A stretch of 64,000 nt of DNA from the NCBI GenBank assembly GCA_903882905.1, contig CAIRYW010000019.1:1406-65405 (forward strand), read 5' to 3'. Of this stretch, positions 48,610-58,573 are shown one piece after another. Within the stretch, counting starts at the first letter, position 1; each line of letters starts with the position of its first letter. Below the pieces are notes generated by a model that did not search any database, was not told the DNA's origin, and saw only the letters and a program-made list of their open reading frames with translations. The position numbers and the translations under genes were made by a program. Source of the stretch: an uncultured bacterium (GTDB lineage: Bacteria > Patescibacteriota > Minisyncoccia > Phycocordibacterales > CAIRYW01).

Positions 48610-48620
48610 TATAAGAATTA

Positions 48621-48653
48621 AAACCGGCGGGCTTCGAGCCCGCCGGTTTTTTT
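48621..48653 (+). terminator. Rho-independent terminator
   Basis: aaaccggcgggcttcgagcccgccggttttttt. Confidence 0.8.
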
Positions 48654-48680
48654 ATTAAGATAGTGTTAAAATATTATCAC

Positions 48681-50342
48681 ATGAATTCACAATTAAATTT
48701 AAAATCGGAGTTACAAAAAGTTATAAAAGGTGAAGTTTTTGATGATGCAGAAACTATAAAAAAATATAGTCACGATGCGAGTTTACTTGAGGTTTTGCCA
48801 TCATTTGTCATATTTCCAAAAGATAAAGAAGATATAAAAAACATCGTCAAGTTTGTAAATGAAAATAAATTCCAATATCCAGAATTATCAATAACAGGCA
48901 GATCGGCAGGGTCTGATATGACTGGAGGACCTCTCAGTGAATCTATAATTCTTGATTTTACGAAATATTTTAAAAGAGATGAAATAAATTTTGAAAAATT
49001 AGAAGCAGTAGTCGAACCTGGAGTTTTTTATCGGGATTTTGAAAAAGAAACCTTGTTAAAAAGAATTTCTTATCCTTCGTATCCTGCTTCAAAAATGCTT
49101 GCAGCTTTTGGAGGAATGGTAATGAATAATTCCGCAGGAGAAAGAACTCTTCGTTATGGCCAGACCAGAGACTATGTTGAAGGACTAAAGATAGTTCTCT
49201 CTGACGGTAACGAATATGAAATTAAGCCATTAAGTTTAAATGAACTTAGAGAAAAGATTTCCCAAGGAGACTTTGAAGGTGAGTTGTATAGAAAGACATT
49301 CGAATTAATTGAAAAAAATTACGAGAATATAAAAGAAGCTAAACCAAAAGTTTCAAAAAATTCTTCTGGCTATGCGCTCTGGAGAGTAATAGATAAAGAA
49401 AAAGGTATTTTTGACCTTACGCAGCTTTTTGTTGGCTCTCAAGGAACTCTTGGAATTTTGACAGAAGCTAAAGTTAAACTAATAAGAGAAAAATCTTTTA
49501 GGAAAATGATTGTGGTATTTTTTAATAGTTGGAATGATTTGCCTGCAGTTGTAAACGAAGTTCTACCATATGATCCAGAAAGTATGGAAACGTTTGATGA
49601 TGCCACCTTAAAATTAGGAATTCGTTTTATGCCAGAGATTGCAAAAAAAGCTCATATTAGTTTTTTTAAATTCGCTTTACAATTTTTACCAGAAGTTTGG
49701 ATTGGAATAAAGATGCTTAGGTTACCTAAACTAATTGTAATGATTGAACTGACTGAGGATAGTGAACAAGAAATAAAAAGAAAAACAAATGAAATTGTAA
49801 CAAGGTTAAAAAAATTTAGTGGAATACAATATAGAATTTTAAAAAACGAGAAAGAAGAAGATAAATATTGGGTAATGAGAAGAGAAAGTTTTAATTTACT
49901 TCGTCAGCATGTCAAAGGGAAGAGAACTGCACCTTTTGTGGAAGATTTTTGCATACTGCCCGCACGAATGCCAGAGTTTTTGCCAAAGCTTTTGAAAATT
50001 CTCAAAGATAACAAAATCAAAGCAAATATTGCTGGACATGCAGGGGATGGAAATTATCACATAATTCCTTTGATGGATTTAACTAAAGAAAGTGAGCGAG
50101 CAAAAATTGTACCTGTAGCTGAAAAAGTTTTTGCCTTAATTAAAGAATATGGAGGAACAATTACTGCCGAGCACAATGATGGAATTATTCGAACCCCGTT
50201 TCTTAGAGAAATGTTTGGTGAAAAAATTTATGGCTTATTTGAAGAGATAAAAAACATTTTTGATCCTAAGAATATTTTTAATCCTGGTAAAAAAGTGGGA
50301 GGAAGCAAAGAGTATATAAATAAGCATATTTCGAAGCAGTAA
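48681..50342 (+). CDS. FAD-linked oxidase (GlcD / D-lactate dehydrogenase family, PCMH-type FAD-binding)
   Basis: GRSAGSDMTGG FAD-binding motif, C-terminal FAD-oxidase domain; start at in-frame ATG 48681. Confidence 0.75.
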   Translation: MNSQLNLKSELQKVIKGEVFDDAETIKKYSHDASLLEVLPSFVIFPKDKEDIKNIVKFVNENKFQYPELSITGRSAGSDMTGGPLSESIILDFTKYFKRDEINFEKLEAVVEPGVFYRDFEKETLLKRISYPSYPASKMLAAFGGMVMNNSAGERTLRYGQTRDYVEGLKIVLSDGNEYEIKPLSLNELREKISQGDFEGELYRKTFELIEKNYENIKEAKPKVSKNSSGYALWRVIDKEKGIFDLTQLFVGSQGTLGILTEAKVKLIREKSFRKMIVVFFNSWNDLPAVVNEVLPYDPESMETFDDATLKLGIRFMPEIAKKAHISFFKFALQFLPEVWIGIKMLRLPKLIVMIELTEDSEQEIKRKTNEIVTRLKKFSGIQYRILKNEKEEDKYWVMRRESFNLLRQHVKGKRTAPFVEDFCILPARMPEFLPKLLKILKDNKIKANIAGHAGDGNYHIIPLMDLTKESERAKIVPVAEKVFALIKEYGGTITAEHNDGIIRTPFLREMFGEKIYGLFEEIKNIFDPKNIFNPGKKVGGSKEYINKHISKQ

Positions 50343-50481
50343 TGAGCAAGGGTGACCCTTGCTCAATTTGCCTAGCCATGAAAAATGGTCTTGATAAGGA
50401 AGGCTTGGAGGAAAAACCTCCGCGGGAGGAATTACCTCCAAGCCCATTTGATTTTCCTTCTTTTCTGTATATAATGTTTAA

Positions 50482-51126
50482 ATGGTAACAATTACAGTAA
50501 AAAAGAGAGATTCTAAAGAAAGCCTTTCAAGACTTAGGTCAAATGGCAGTATCCCTGCAGTATTTTATGGTCCAAAGCAGGATTCTACACCTATTTCTTT
50601 GGACTATATTCAATTTAATAAAGTTTTGAGCGAAAACGGTGAATCATCAGTTATTTCTCTGATTGGAGATGCTGGTGAACACGACGCTCTCATTCATGAT
50701 ATTTCAAGAGAACCTGTCACAGGTAAAATTGTTCACGTTGACCTTTATGTTATGGAAAAAGGTAAGAAAGTTAAGGTTAATGTTCCTGTTGAATACGTTG
50801 GAGTTTCTGCTGCTGTTAAAGACATGGGAGCAATTCTCGTTAAAGTTATGCATGAAATTGAAGTTGAGGCTATGCCAAAAGATCTTCCTCATAATCTTGA
50901 AGTAGATATTTCAAAGATTGTTGACCTGGATTCACATGTTTCTGCAGGAGATATTAAACTACCCCATGGTGTTCTATTAGTTACTGGAGCAGAAGAAATT
51001 GTCGCTTTAGCTAAGATGGCTAAAGAAGAAGTTGAGGAAACAACCCCAATCGACCTTTCATCGATTGAAGTAGAGAAGAAAGGAAAGGAAGAAACCGAGG
51101 AAGGGGTAGAGGAAGCAAAGAAATAA
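50482..51126 (+). CDS. rplY: Ribosomal protein bL25 (Ctc/general stress protein form)
   Basis: N-terminal RSNGSIPAVFYG region, acidic C-terminal extension. Confidence 0.8.
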   Translation: MVTITVKKRDSKESLSRLRSNGSIPAVFYGPKQDSTPISLDYIQFNKVLSENGESSVISLIGDAGEHDALIHDISREPVTGKIVHVDLYVMEKGKKVKVNVPVEYVGVSAAVKDMGAILVKVMHEIEVEAMPKDLPHNLEVDISKIVDLDSHVSAGDIKLPHGVLLVTGAEEIVALAKMAKEEVEETTPIDLSSIEVEKKGKEETEEGVEEAKK

Positions 51127-51166
51127 TTTTCTTTGCTTTTTAAATTTGTTTTTTACTTAATTCTAA

Positions 51167-52519
51167 ATGATAAAAAATTTTAAAGGTTCTTTCGCAATTT
51201 TTTTTATCCTAATTTTACTTATAGGAGGTTTTTTGTTTTTATATAAAAAAAGTGAAGCTCAGATTGTAACTGATCCAGCCCAAAGAGCTGTTTTGCAGTC
51301 TCAACTTAATGAAATAGAAGCCGAGATAGCACAACAACAAGCTATTCTCGCCCAAAAACAAACAGAAGGATCTTCTATCTCACGAGACATTGCAATTCTT
51401 GATGCAAAAATCAAAGCATCACAATTAAAAATCAAAGCATACGATATTCAAATCAATCAACTTGGACAAGATATAACAGTTAAAACAAAAACTATTCAGA
51501 CTTTGGATGGTCAAATTTCTTCAGGCCAAGATTCTCTTGGACAAATTTTAAGACAAACTAAAGCACTTGATGATGTATCTCTTCCAGAGGTTTTGCTTTC
51601 GGGTCAAGATATTTCTTCTTTTTTTGTTGATTTAGATTCTTTTGATGCTGTTAAAACTTCACTATCAGATACTTTCAATAATCTTCGAGATGCAAAACAG
51701 GAAAACCAAAATCAGAAAGCAGATTTGAGTAAAAAACAAAATGCTACAATAGATACAAAGACCAATGTTCAAAAAGAACAAGCTCTTATCAAACAAAATC
51801 AAGCCGAAAAACAAAGACTTCTTTCTTTAAACAAGACAGAGCAGGCAGGATACCAGGCGGTGATTGCATCAAAATCTGCTCAAGCAGCAAAAATCCGTGC
51901 AGCACTTTTTTCCTTGGCTAACACTGCAGCAATTCCATTCGGGACAGCTCTTGAGTATGCTCAGGCTGTTCAAAAAATTACAAGCGTTGATCCAGCTTTT
52001 CTATTGGCTATTGTTACTCAAGAATCAAATCTTGGATCAAATGTTGGAGCTTGCTATTTAACTAACACGACAACTGGTGCAGGAGTGAATGTAACGAGTG
52101 GAAGAGTTTGGTCAAATCTTATGAAGCCGTCAAGAGATGTCGCTCCTTTTCTTGCAATAACTAGTGCTATTGGAAGAGATCCAATGAAGACAAAAGTTTC
52201 TTGTCCAATTGCTGGTGCTGGAGGATACGGAGGGGCAATGGGTCCAGCGCAATTTATTCCTTCAACTTGGGTTTTATTTGAGGACAGAATTAAATCTGGA
52301 TTGGGTGTGCAAAATACTGATCCATGGAATCCTGAACAAGCCTTTTTAGCCTCAGCACTTTATTTGTCTGATCTTGGAGCTGTAAATGGAAGTTATACTG
52401 GAGAAATAAAAGCCGCATGTAAATATTATGGTTCAGGCGGATCAACTTGTACTTACGGAAAACAAGTGATGGCGAAAGTGGCACAAATACAGGCTAATAT
52501 AAATATACTTAATAATTAG
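51167..52519 (+). CDS. Coiled-coil protein with C-terminal lytic transglycosylase (SLT/lysozyme-like) domain
   Basis: N-terminal TM, Gln-rich coiled coil, C-terminal VTQESNLGS...GAMGPAQFIPSTW SLT motif. Confidence 0.65.
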   Translation: MIKNFKGSFAIFFILILLIGGFLFLYKKSEAQIVTDPAQRAVLQSQLNEIEAEIAQQQAILAQKQTEGSSISRDIAILDAKIKASQLKIKAYDIQINQLGQDITVKTKTIQTLDGQISSGQDSLGQILRQTKALDDVSLPEVLLSGQDISSFFVDLDSFDAVKTSLSDTFNNLRDAKQENQNQKADLSKKQNATIDTKTNVQKEQALIKQNQAEKQRLLSLNKTEQAGYQAVIASKSAQAAKIRAALFSLANTAAIPFGTALEYAQAVQKITSVDPAFLLAIVTQESNLGSNVGACYLTNTTTGAGVNVTSGRVWSNLMKPSRDVAPFLAITSAIGRDPMKTKVSCPIAGAGGYGGAMGPAQFIPSTWVLFEDRIKSGLGVQNTDPWNPEQAFLASALYLSDLGAVNGSYTGEIKAACKYYGSGGSTCTYGKQVMAKVAQIQANINILNN

Positions 52520-52579
52520 TTTAGATTCTCTGCCAAAAAGTTGCCTTTTTGAAGGTTTTTTTGTAGTATGTACGAACAT

Positions 52580-52849
52580 ATGAAAAAAGATATACATCCA
52601 GCAAATTACAGAAAAGTAGCTTTTGAAGATACCTCAAATAAGGAGATTTTTCTTATTTCCTCAACTGTTGCTACAAAAGAAACTACAAAAGTAGATGGTA
52701 AAGAATATCCACTATACAAAGTTGAAATTTCAAGTGCCTCACATCCTTTTTATACAGGAAACGACAATGTCGTTGACTCAGCAGGAAGAGTGGAAAGATT
52801 CAAAGCAAGAGCAACTAAAACTGGAGCTAAGAAAGAAAGTAAAAAATAA
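52580..52849 (+). CDS. rpmE: Ribosomal protein bL31 (type B, non-zinc form)
   Basis: MKKDIHPANYRKVAF...HPFYTG; the ORF-track start at 52568 adds 4 aa. Confidence 0.8.
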   Translation: MKKDIHPANYRKVAFEDTSNKEIFLISSTVATKETTKVDGKEYPLYKVEISSASHPFYTGNDNVVDSAGRVERFKARATKTGAKKESKK

Positions 52850-52860
52850 CTTCTCCTTTT

Positions 52861-52890
52861 AAAACCCAAGGCATACTTGGGTTTTTATTT
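52861..52890 (+). terminator. Rho-independent terminator after rpmE
   Basis: aaaacccaaggcatacttgggttttt. Confidence 0.75.
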
Positions 52891-52891
52891 T

Positions 52892-53899
52892 ATGGAACCT
52901 TCAAATTTCGATTTATCAAAATATAAAGAAAATAACAAAACTCGCTTTTTAGCAGAGGATTTTGAGCGTCTTTTGAAAGAAGAAATTGAAATCAAAGATA
53001 TCATTGCAAAAGAGCCAAGTATGAAAGAACTTTCAGAGGAAGAACTTGAAACAATTGAAAAACAAAAAAAAGAAATTGTCATACAAATGGAATCTATTTT
53101 GAAAGAGGAAGAAGTAGAAGAAGAATTTCCAAATGAAATAGTTCTTGAAGTGCGCGCTGGAGCTGGAGGCGAAGAAGCTTCACTTTTTGCAGAATCACTT
53201 GCAAAGATGTATGAGGGATATGCAAACATCGAAGGATTTGAATGGAGACCAGTAGATGAATCACAAAGTCAGATTGGAGGTTTTAAAGAAGCATCATTTG
53301 AGGTTAGAGGTAGAGATGTCTATAAAAAACTTAGGTATGAGACGGGTGTGCACAGAGTCCAAAGAATTCCAGCTACAGAAAAATCTGGAAGAGTACACAC
53401 ATCAACTGCTTCTGTTGCAATTTTGCCCATTAGAAAGAAAACAAAATTAGAAATTAAAGAAAGTGATCTTTTGATTGAGACTTCAAGATCAGGAGGAAAA
53501 GGGGGTCAAAATGTGAACAAAGTGGAAACAGCAGTGAGAATAGTTCACAAGCCAACTGGTATCGAAGTTAGAAGTACTTCACAGCGAAGTCAGCTGAAAA
53601 ATAAAGAAATGGCAATGTCTATTCTTTTTGCAAAGCTTGAAGCTCTTAAAGAAGAAACTGAAAACAAAAAATTTGCAAAAGACAGAAAAGCACAAATTGG
53701 GACAGGAGATCGTTCGGAAAAAATCCGAACTTATAATTATCTCCAGGATAGAATTACAGACCATAGAATAAAAGAATCTTGGCATAATTTACCTCAAATA
53801 ATGTTTGGTAACATAAAACCGATCATAGATGCTATTGCCGAGAAAGTAGAAAGTGGAAATGTTTCAGAAAACTCGTCCGGTGAGGATTTAGAGGATTAA
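52892..53899 (+). CDS. prfA: Peptide chain release factor 1
   Basis: PAT tripeptide ([10 protein letters not shown]), GGQ ([11 protein letters not shown]). ATG 52892 chosen because the ORF-track TTG 52877 lies in the terminator stem. Confidence 0.85.
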   Translation: MEPSNFDLSKYKENNKTRFLAEDFERLLKEEIEIKDIIAKEPSMKELSEEELETIEKQKKEIVIQMESILKEEEVEEEFPNEIVLEVRAGAGGEEASLFAESLAKMYEGYANIEGFEWRPVDESQSQIGGFKEASFEVRGRDVYKKLRYETGVHRVQRIPATEKSGRVHTSTASVAILPIRKKTKLEIKESDLLIETSRSGGKGGQNVNKVETAVRIVHKPTGIEVRSTSQRSQLKNKEMAMSILFAKLEALKEETENKKFAKDRKAQIGTGDRSEKIRTYNYLQDRITDHRIKESWHNLPQIMFGNIKPIIDAIAEKVESGNVSENSSGEDLED

Positions 53900-53905
53900 T
53901 TTTTT

Positions 53906-53950
53906 AAAGGACCGACCTTAAATCTTCAAAAAGGTCGGTCCTTTTGTTTT
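53906..53950 (+). terminator. Rho-independent terminator after prfA
   Basis: aaaggaccgacc..ggtcggtccttttgttttt. Confidence 0.75.
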
Positions 53951-54010
53951 TAAAAAACCTCCCCTGGGGTATAATTAAATTACTATTAATTAATCGGTTA
54001 ATTATAAACA

Positions 54011-55516
54011 ATGAAAAAATATCTTTCTCTTCTCGGTGTTGGTTTGCTTTCTTTAGCAGTTTTTTCTCCAACGTTTGCTCAAAGTACAAGTACATCCTCA
54101 ACTGATTTAAACGTAACTACTCAAGCTTTAATAAAAGTATTAACCCAACTTCTTCAACAACTTGAATTGCAGTTGCAAACTTTGTTGGCAGAGCGGGGGA
54201 ATAATACTAATATCAATATGTCTGGTGGTAATTGCTCTTCTGGGCAAACGTGGAGTGGTTTAAATGGTGGTTGTATATCTCAAACACAAAATCAATCCTC
54301 ATCAATCACAGTTACTTCACCAAATGACGGAGACAGCTTAGTTATTGGTCAGAGTTATCAAATTAAGTGGATTCCTAATTCCACAAAAGTAAATATATTC
54401 TTAAACACATACGATCAAAACGGAAATCAGATCGGAAACGGACAACTTCAATGGATTGCTCAGGCAATAGATAATACTGGAATTTATAACTGGACACCGT
54501 CAACATCTGCCTTGACTCTCAGTACTGCATATAAATATAAAATAAGAATCACAAAGGCAAATGATTTGTCTTATGGTGTAAGTGATATGGGAGAATCTGC
54601 AGGGTTCTTTACTCTCAGAAATAGTTCAACACAAAATCAACCTTTCACAATTACTTTTCCAACACAGGGAGCAAGTCTTCAGGCTGGGCAGACTTATAAC
54701 GTAAGTTGGACGGGTTCTGATACAAATGTTAATAGCTATGCTGTGTATTTAAGTGGAGGAAAGCTTGGATCAAATGGTAGTAGTTTTATTGGTACAGCAT
54801 ATCCTCGCGGTGCTGGAAATGTTGGAACATTTTCTTGGGCAATTCCTGCTGACTTAACTTCAGCTTCAAATTACCAAATTCAATTTAGTGGAGCAGGTGC
54901 TACGGGTGGAAATAGTGGGACATTTAGTATTTCTGGTTCAACACAAAATCAACCTTCAATAACGATCAATTCACCGGGATCAGGTAAAATGTATAATCAA
55001 GGTGATACTTTAAACATTTCTTGGATAGCAAATGGTGTTAGTGGTGTTGGCTTAGGTCTAGACCATACCGATGGAACTTTCGCATCAATTATTGCTGTAG
55101 GTCTTCCTACTTCAGGAAATTATTCTTGGCAAATACCATCTAACTTTCCAACAGGTTCTTATGTAATTGTTGGTTCAGTTAATAATAATGGTAATCTAAT
55201 TTACAGTAATGGCCCTACTATTTCTATTGGTTCAGCGCAAAATCAAACAGTTTATCCGCCAAATATAGAAAGTGTTGGGTCGTCAGCCAATCCAGCAAAT
55301 TCATTTTATCCAGGTGATAATGTAAAGATTGTTGGAAGTAATTTTCCTCAAAATCCAACTATAATGATAGGTAATGCGTATGTTCTAGGACAGACAAATT
55401 CAAGTGGAATGAATATAAATTTTATAGCCCCATCACTTTCAGCAGGAACTTACAGTTTAAGTATTGCAGCAAAAGGTGGAGGTAATACTGTTCAAGTCAC
55501 AGTTTTATCTAGATAG
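54011..55516 (+). CDS. Secreted repeat protein (about five ~75-aa Ser/Thr/Asn/Gly-rich Ig-like repeats); adhesin or surface-layer candidate
   Basis: Signal peptide, recurring ..Y.I.W..S..VNI.L.. repeat units. Confidence 0.55.
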   Translation: MKKYLSLLGVGLLSLAVFSPTFAQSTSTSSTDLNVTTQALIKVLTQLLQQLELQLQTLLAERGNNTNINMSGGNCSSGQTWSGLNGGCISQTQNQSSSITVTSPNDGDSLVIGQSYQIKWIPNSTKVNIFLNTYDQNGNQIGNGQLQWIAQAIDNTGIYNWTPSTSALTLSTAYKYKIRITKANDLSYGVSDMGESAGFFTLRNSSTQNQPFTITFPTQGASLQAGQTYNVSWTGSDTNVNSYAVYLSGGKLGSNGSSFIGTAYPRGAGNVGTFSWAIPADLTSASNYQIQFSGAGATGGNSGTFSISGSTQNQPSITINSPGSGKMYNQGDTLNISWIANGVSGVGLGLDHTDGTFASIIAVGLPTSGNYSWQIPSNFPTGSYVIVGSVNNNGNLIYSNGPTISIGSAQNQTVYPPNIESVGSSANPANSFYPGDNVKIVGSNFPQNPTIMIGNAYVLGQTNSSGMNINFIAPSLSAGTYSLSIAAKGGGNTVQVTVLSR

Positions 55517-55725
55517 TGTTATAGAAATAGTCATAAAACATAAGGAGGCATCCTAACAGAGGATGGTCTCTTTATGTAGAAAGTTGCAAAAGGCCTAATA
55601 AGCTGATAATATAGCCCTCACATACGTGTCCCGTTAGAAATCAAACGGGGGAGGAAAAGACGTTAAATATATATAGATATCAACATATTTTATTAAAAAA
55701 TTATAGAAAATAAATTCTAACTGGG

Positions 55726-56445
55726 ATGGCAAAAACAGACAAAGAAATACCAAAAACAATCCAAGAAATGTTCGACGCAGGGGTGCATTTTGGCCTAATT
55801 AAGAGCCGAAGAGATCCTTCAACAAAGTCTTATATTTTTGGACAAAAAGGAAGTATGGAGATTTTTGATCTCGAAAAGACTAGTGGAATGCTAGAAAAAG
55901 CATTGGAACAAGTTAGCAAACTCGGAACAGAAAAGAAAACAATTCTTTTTGTCTCAAGTAAGAATGAATCAAAATCTTTAGTAAAATCTGCGGCTGAAAG
56001 ACTAAGTATGCCTTTTATTGCTGGACGTTGGATTGGAGGACTTCTTACTAACTTTAACGAAATAAAAAAGCGTTCAAGTAGACTTGTTGATTTAGAATCA
56101 AAAAAAGAAAAAGGAGAACTTATAAAATATACAAAAAAAGAAAGATTGCTTCTTGATAGAGAAATGGCAAACTTGAATGAACTTTTTGGAGGCATAAGAA
56201 CTCTTACAAAAATTCCAGATGCAATTTTTGTTGTTGATTCAAGAAAAGAATCAATTGCAGTTTTGGAAGCAAAAGGAATGAAGGTTCCAGTGATTGCACT
56301 TGCTTCAAGTGATTGCAATCTTAAAGAAGTTACTTTTCCAATTCCAGGGAATGATGCTTCAAGATCAAGTATTGAATATATTTTGAAGAGAGTAACTGAT
56401 GCATATCAGAGTGCGCCTGTTGCAGCCCCAGCGCCCACAGTTTAA
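55726..56445 (+). CDS. rpsB: Ribosomal protein uS2
   Basis: MFDAGVHFG, long structured upstream leader. Confidence 0.85.
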   Translation: MAKTDKEIPKTIQEMFDAGVHFGLIKSRRDPSTKSYIFGQKGSMEIFDLEKTSGMLEKALEQVSKLGTEKKTILFVSSKNESKSLVKSAAERLSMPFIAGRWIGGLLTNFNEIKKRSSRLVDLESKKEKGELIKYTKKERLLLDREMANLNELFGGIRTLTKIPDAIFVVDSRKESIAVLEAKGMKVPVIALASSDCNLKEVTFPIPGNDASRSSIEYILKRVTDAYQSAPVAAPAPTV

Positions 56446-56478
56446 TTAAATTTAAAAATTAATTTTGTTCATTTAACT

Positions 56479-57069
56479 ATGATTACTACAGAACAAGTAA
56501 AAGAACTTCGTGATAGAACAGGAATCTCTATTATGCAATGCAAAAAAGCCCTTGAGGATGCAGGAGGTGATGCAGAAAAGGCATTAGTACTACTACAGAA
56601 AAAAGGAGCAGAAGTCGCAGATAAAAAATCAGATAGAAGCCTAGGGGCAGGTGTTGTTGTGTCATATATTCACAATACAGGCACTGTAGGTACATTAATT
56701 GAACTTTGGTGCGAAACAGATTTCGTGGCTAAAAATGAAGAGTTTAAGGCCCTTGCAAAGGATATCGCTATGCACATTGCCGCTACAAATCCCGCATATC
56801 TTTCTGTAGAGGATATTCCAGAAGCTGACAGAGCAACTGCTAAAGAAGTGTTTGCAAAGGAAGTCGAAGGAAAGCCAGAAGCAATGAAACAACAAATTCT
56901 TGATGGAAAAATTGCTGCTTATTTCAAAGACAAAGTTCTTTTAGAACAGGAATATATAAAGGATCCATCACTTACAATTTCCACACTGCTAAAAAATGCT
57001 ATTCAGAAGTTTGGTGAAAAGACTGTCATTGGAAAATTCGTAAGATTTTCTACAGTAGCAAAGTTCTAA
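56479..57069 (+). CDS. tsf: Elongation factor Ts (short form)
   Basis: ITTEQVKELRDRTGISIMQCKKALEDAGGDAEKA UBA-like N-terminus. Confidence 0.85.
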   Translation: MITTEQVKELRDRTGISIMQCKKALEDAGGDAEKALVLLQKKGAEVADKKSDRSLGAGVVVSYIHNTGTVGTLIELWCETDFVAKNEEFKALAKDIAMHIAATNPAYLSVEDIPEADRATAKEVFAKEVEGKPEAMKQQILDGKIAAYFKDKVLLEQEYIKDPSLTISTLLKNAIQKFGEKTVIGKFVRFSTVAKF

Positions 57070-57081
57070 TTTATTTCAACT

Positions 57082-57462
57082 ATGTTTGCAACATCTATTA
57101 CAGTTTTTTTGGTCTCATTTATTGGAGCTATTTTTCTTGTAATAAATAGAGCAAGATTTAGTGACGGAAGAGTTGCTTATGTTAGTTTTCCAAAAGAATG
57201 GGATAAACTCCTTTCAGGGTTTTATCATGCTTCAAAAGTTCTTTTTACTGAATTACCAAAACATGTTGCCATCAATGTTTATCATTTTTTTGTCATTACA
57301 TTTGTTGATGCATCAAAGAAGACAAAACTCTTGATTTATCCAAAGATTTCACATATTGTAGAGACAGTTAAAGGAACGAATTTGCCGGAACAGAAGAAGC
57401 CGGCATCAGAGTTTTTGAAAGCGATCGTGAAGGAAGAAGTAGATAGTGAAAAAACAATATAA
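57082..57462 (+). CDS. Hypothetical membrane-associated protein
   Basis: 126-aa ORF immediately before tRNA-Thr. Confidence 0.4.
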   Translation: MFATSITVFLVSFIGAIFLVINRARFSDGRVAYVSFPKEWDKLLSGFYHASKVLFTELPKHVAINVYHFFVITFVDASKKTKLLIYPKISHIVETVKGTNLPEQKKPASEFLKAIVKEEVDSEKTI

Positions 57463-57464
57463 AC

Positions 57465-57540
57465 GCCGCCTTAGCTCAGTTGGTAGAGCGCCACTTTTGT
57501 AAAGTGGATGTCCTCAGTTCAAATCTGAGAGGCGGCTCCA
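57465..57540 (+). tRNA. tRNA-Thr(TGT)
   Basis: GCCGCCTTAGCTCAGTTGGTAGAGCGCCACTTTTGTAAAGTGGATGTCCTCAGTTCAAATCTGAGAGGCGGCTCCA, encoded CCA. Confidence 0.9.
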
Positions 57541-57809
57541 GAAAAAAGTCCCTTATGGGGACTTTTTTATTTGCCACCTCAGAACTCAATGGGTATTGAG
57601 TTCATTCAGATTTGAAAGGCGCAGCTAGGTTTTTCAGCAGAAAAACCAGCGAGTCGGGTGAGAAGCGAAGACTTGAAGCTTCGCAAGACCTTTTCAGATT
57701 TTTTATGAGATTTGCGAAATAAAAATCGAAAAGGTGTACTGAAACTGTAAGTTTCGAGAAATTTTGAAAGCGACGGCTTTCAAAATATTCGTGACCAAAT
57801 CTGAGAGGC
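57541..57809 (+). mobile_element. tRNA-associated mini-element E3: terminator + ~225-bp element ending AAATATTCGTGACC, then a 14-bp direct repeat of the tRNA-Thr(TGT) T-loop/3' region (caaatctgagaggc)
   Basis: Repeat at 57520-57533 and 57796-57809; interior tttttcagcagaaaaa and agcgacggc are shared with E1/E2. Confidence 0.55.
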
Positions 57810-57837
57810 TTAAAGTAACTCGTGACTAAATCCCTTT

Positions 57838-58548
57838 TTACTTCTTCGTACTCGTTGCAGTACTACTTGCAACGCTAGCAGCTTTAAGGTCGGCTTTTGT
57901 CTCAGCTGGATATTGTTCAGTTAGGATTTTTTCCAAAACTTCTTTTTCTTGAAAGCCGTTAATTGTTTTGTCTCCGATGACAATAGCGGGAAGATTATTT
58001 TTGATGTCAAAGATTTGAATGATAGTTGATATTGCAGAAAGATCTAATCCGTAATCGAATGAATAAACACGTAGGTCTGGATATTTTTGTCGAAGATATG
58101 TTAGTGCGTAACTTGCTTTGTCACACTCAGGACATTTTGTTCCTTGGTCGTAGAAATAAAGGGCGAACATAAATTTTTTACCACATTTATCAGAAACCTG
58201 TCTCATCAAAAGATAATCCTTTATCTCAAGTAATGAGTAGTATTTTTTTAGTTGAATAATTTCTGAAGCATTGCTACCAGAATTATTTTCGCTATAACTA
58301 ATTTTTTCTCCAAGGTCTGAAATTTCTGATGATAATAGGGAATTGCCGGCTTCTTTGCATGAAAGTTCTGATAGCAGTGAAAATTGAGTTTCAGATGAAA
58401 GTATGTCTGTTGAAACTGTATCTTGAATAGATTTGATTTCGGTGATGCGCTTACTATTGATCGCATTGCTTATGTAAATTGCAGTGACAAAAATCGTACC
58501 TGTTATCAAAAACACTAATAAATATTTTTTCCAGTCTGTTTTTTTCAT
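57838..58548 (-). CDS. Membrane-anchored thioredoxin-fold protein (CPEC active-site motif, DsbA-like)
   Basis: N-terminal TM, GTKCPECDKA CxxC motif. Confidence 0.55.
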   Translation of the reverse strand: MKKTDWKKYLLVFLITGTIFVTAIYISNAINSKRITEIKSIQDTVSTDILSSETQFSLLSELSCKEAGNSLLSSEISDLGEKISYSENNSGSNASEIIQLKKYYSLLEIKDYLLMRQVSDKCGKKFMFALYFYDQGTKCPECDKASYALTYLRQKYPDLRVYSFDYGLDLSAISTIIQIFDIKNNLPAIVIGDKTINGFQEKEVLEKILTEQYPAETKADLKAASVASSTATSTKK

Positions 58549-58573
58549 TCGAATGTTTTTATTTTAAATTAAT

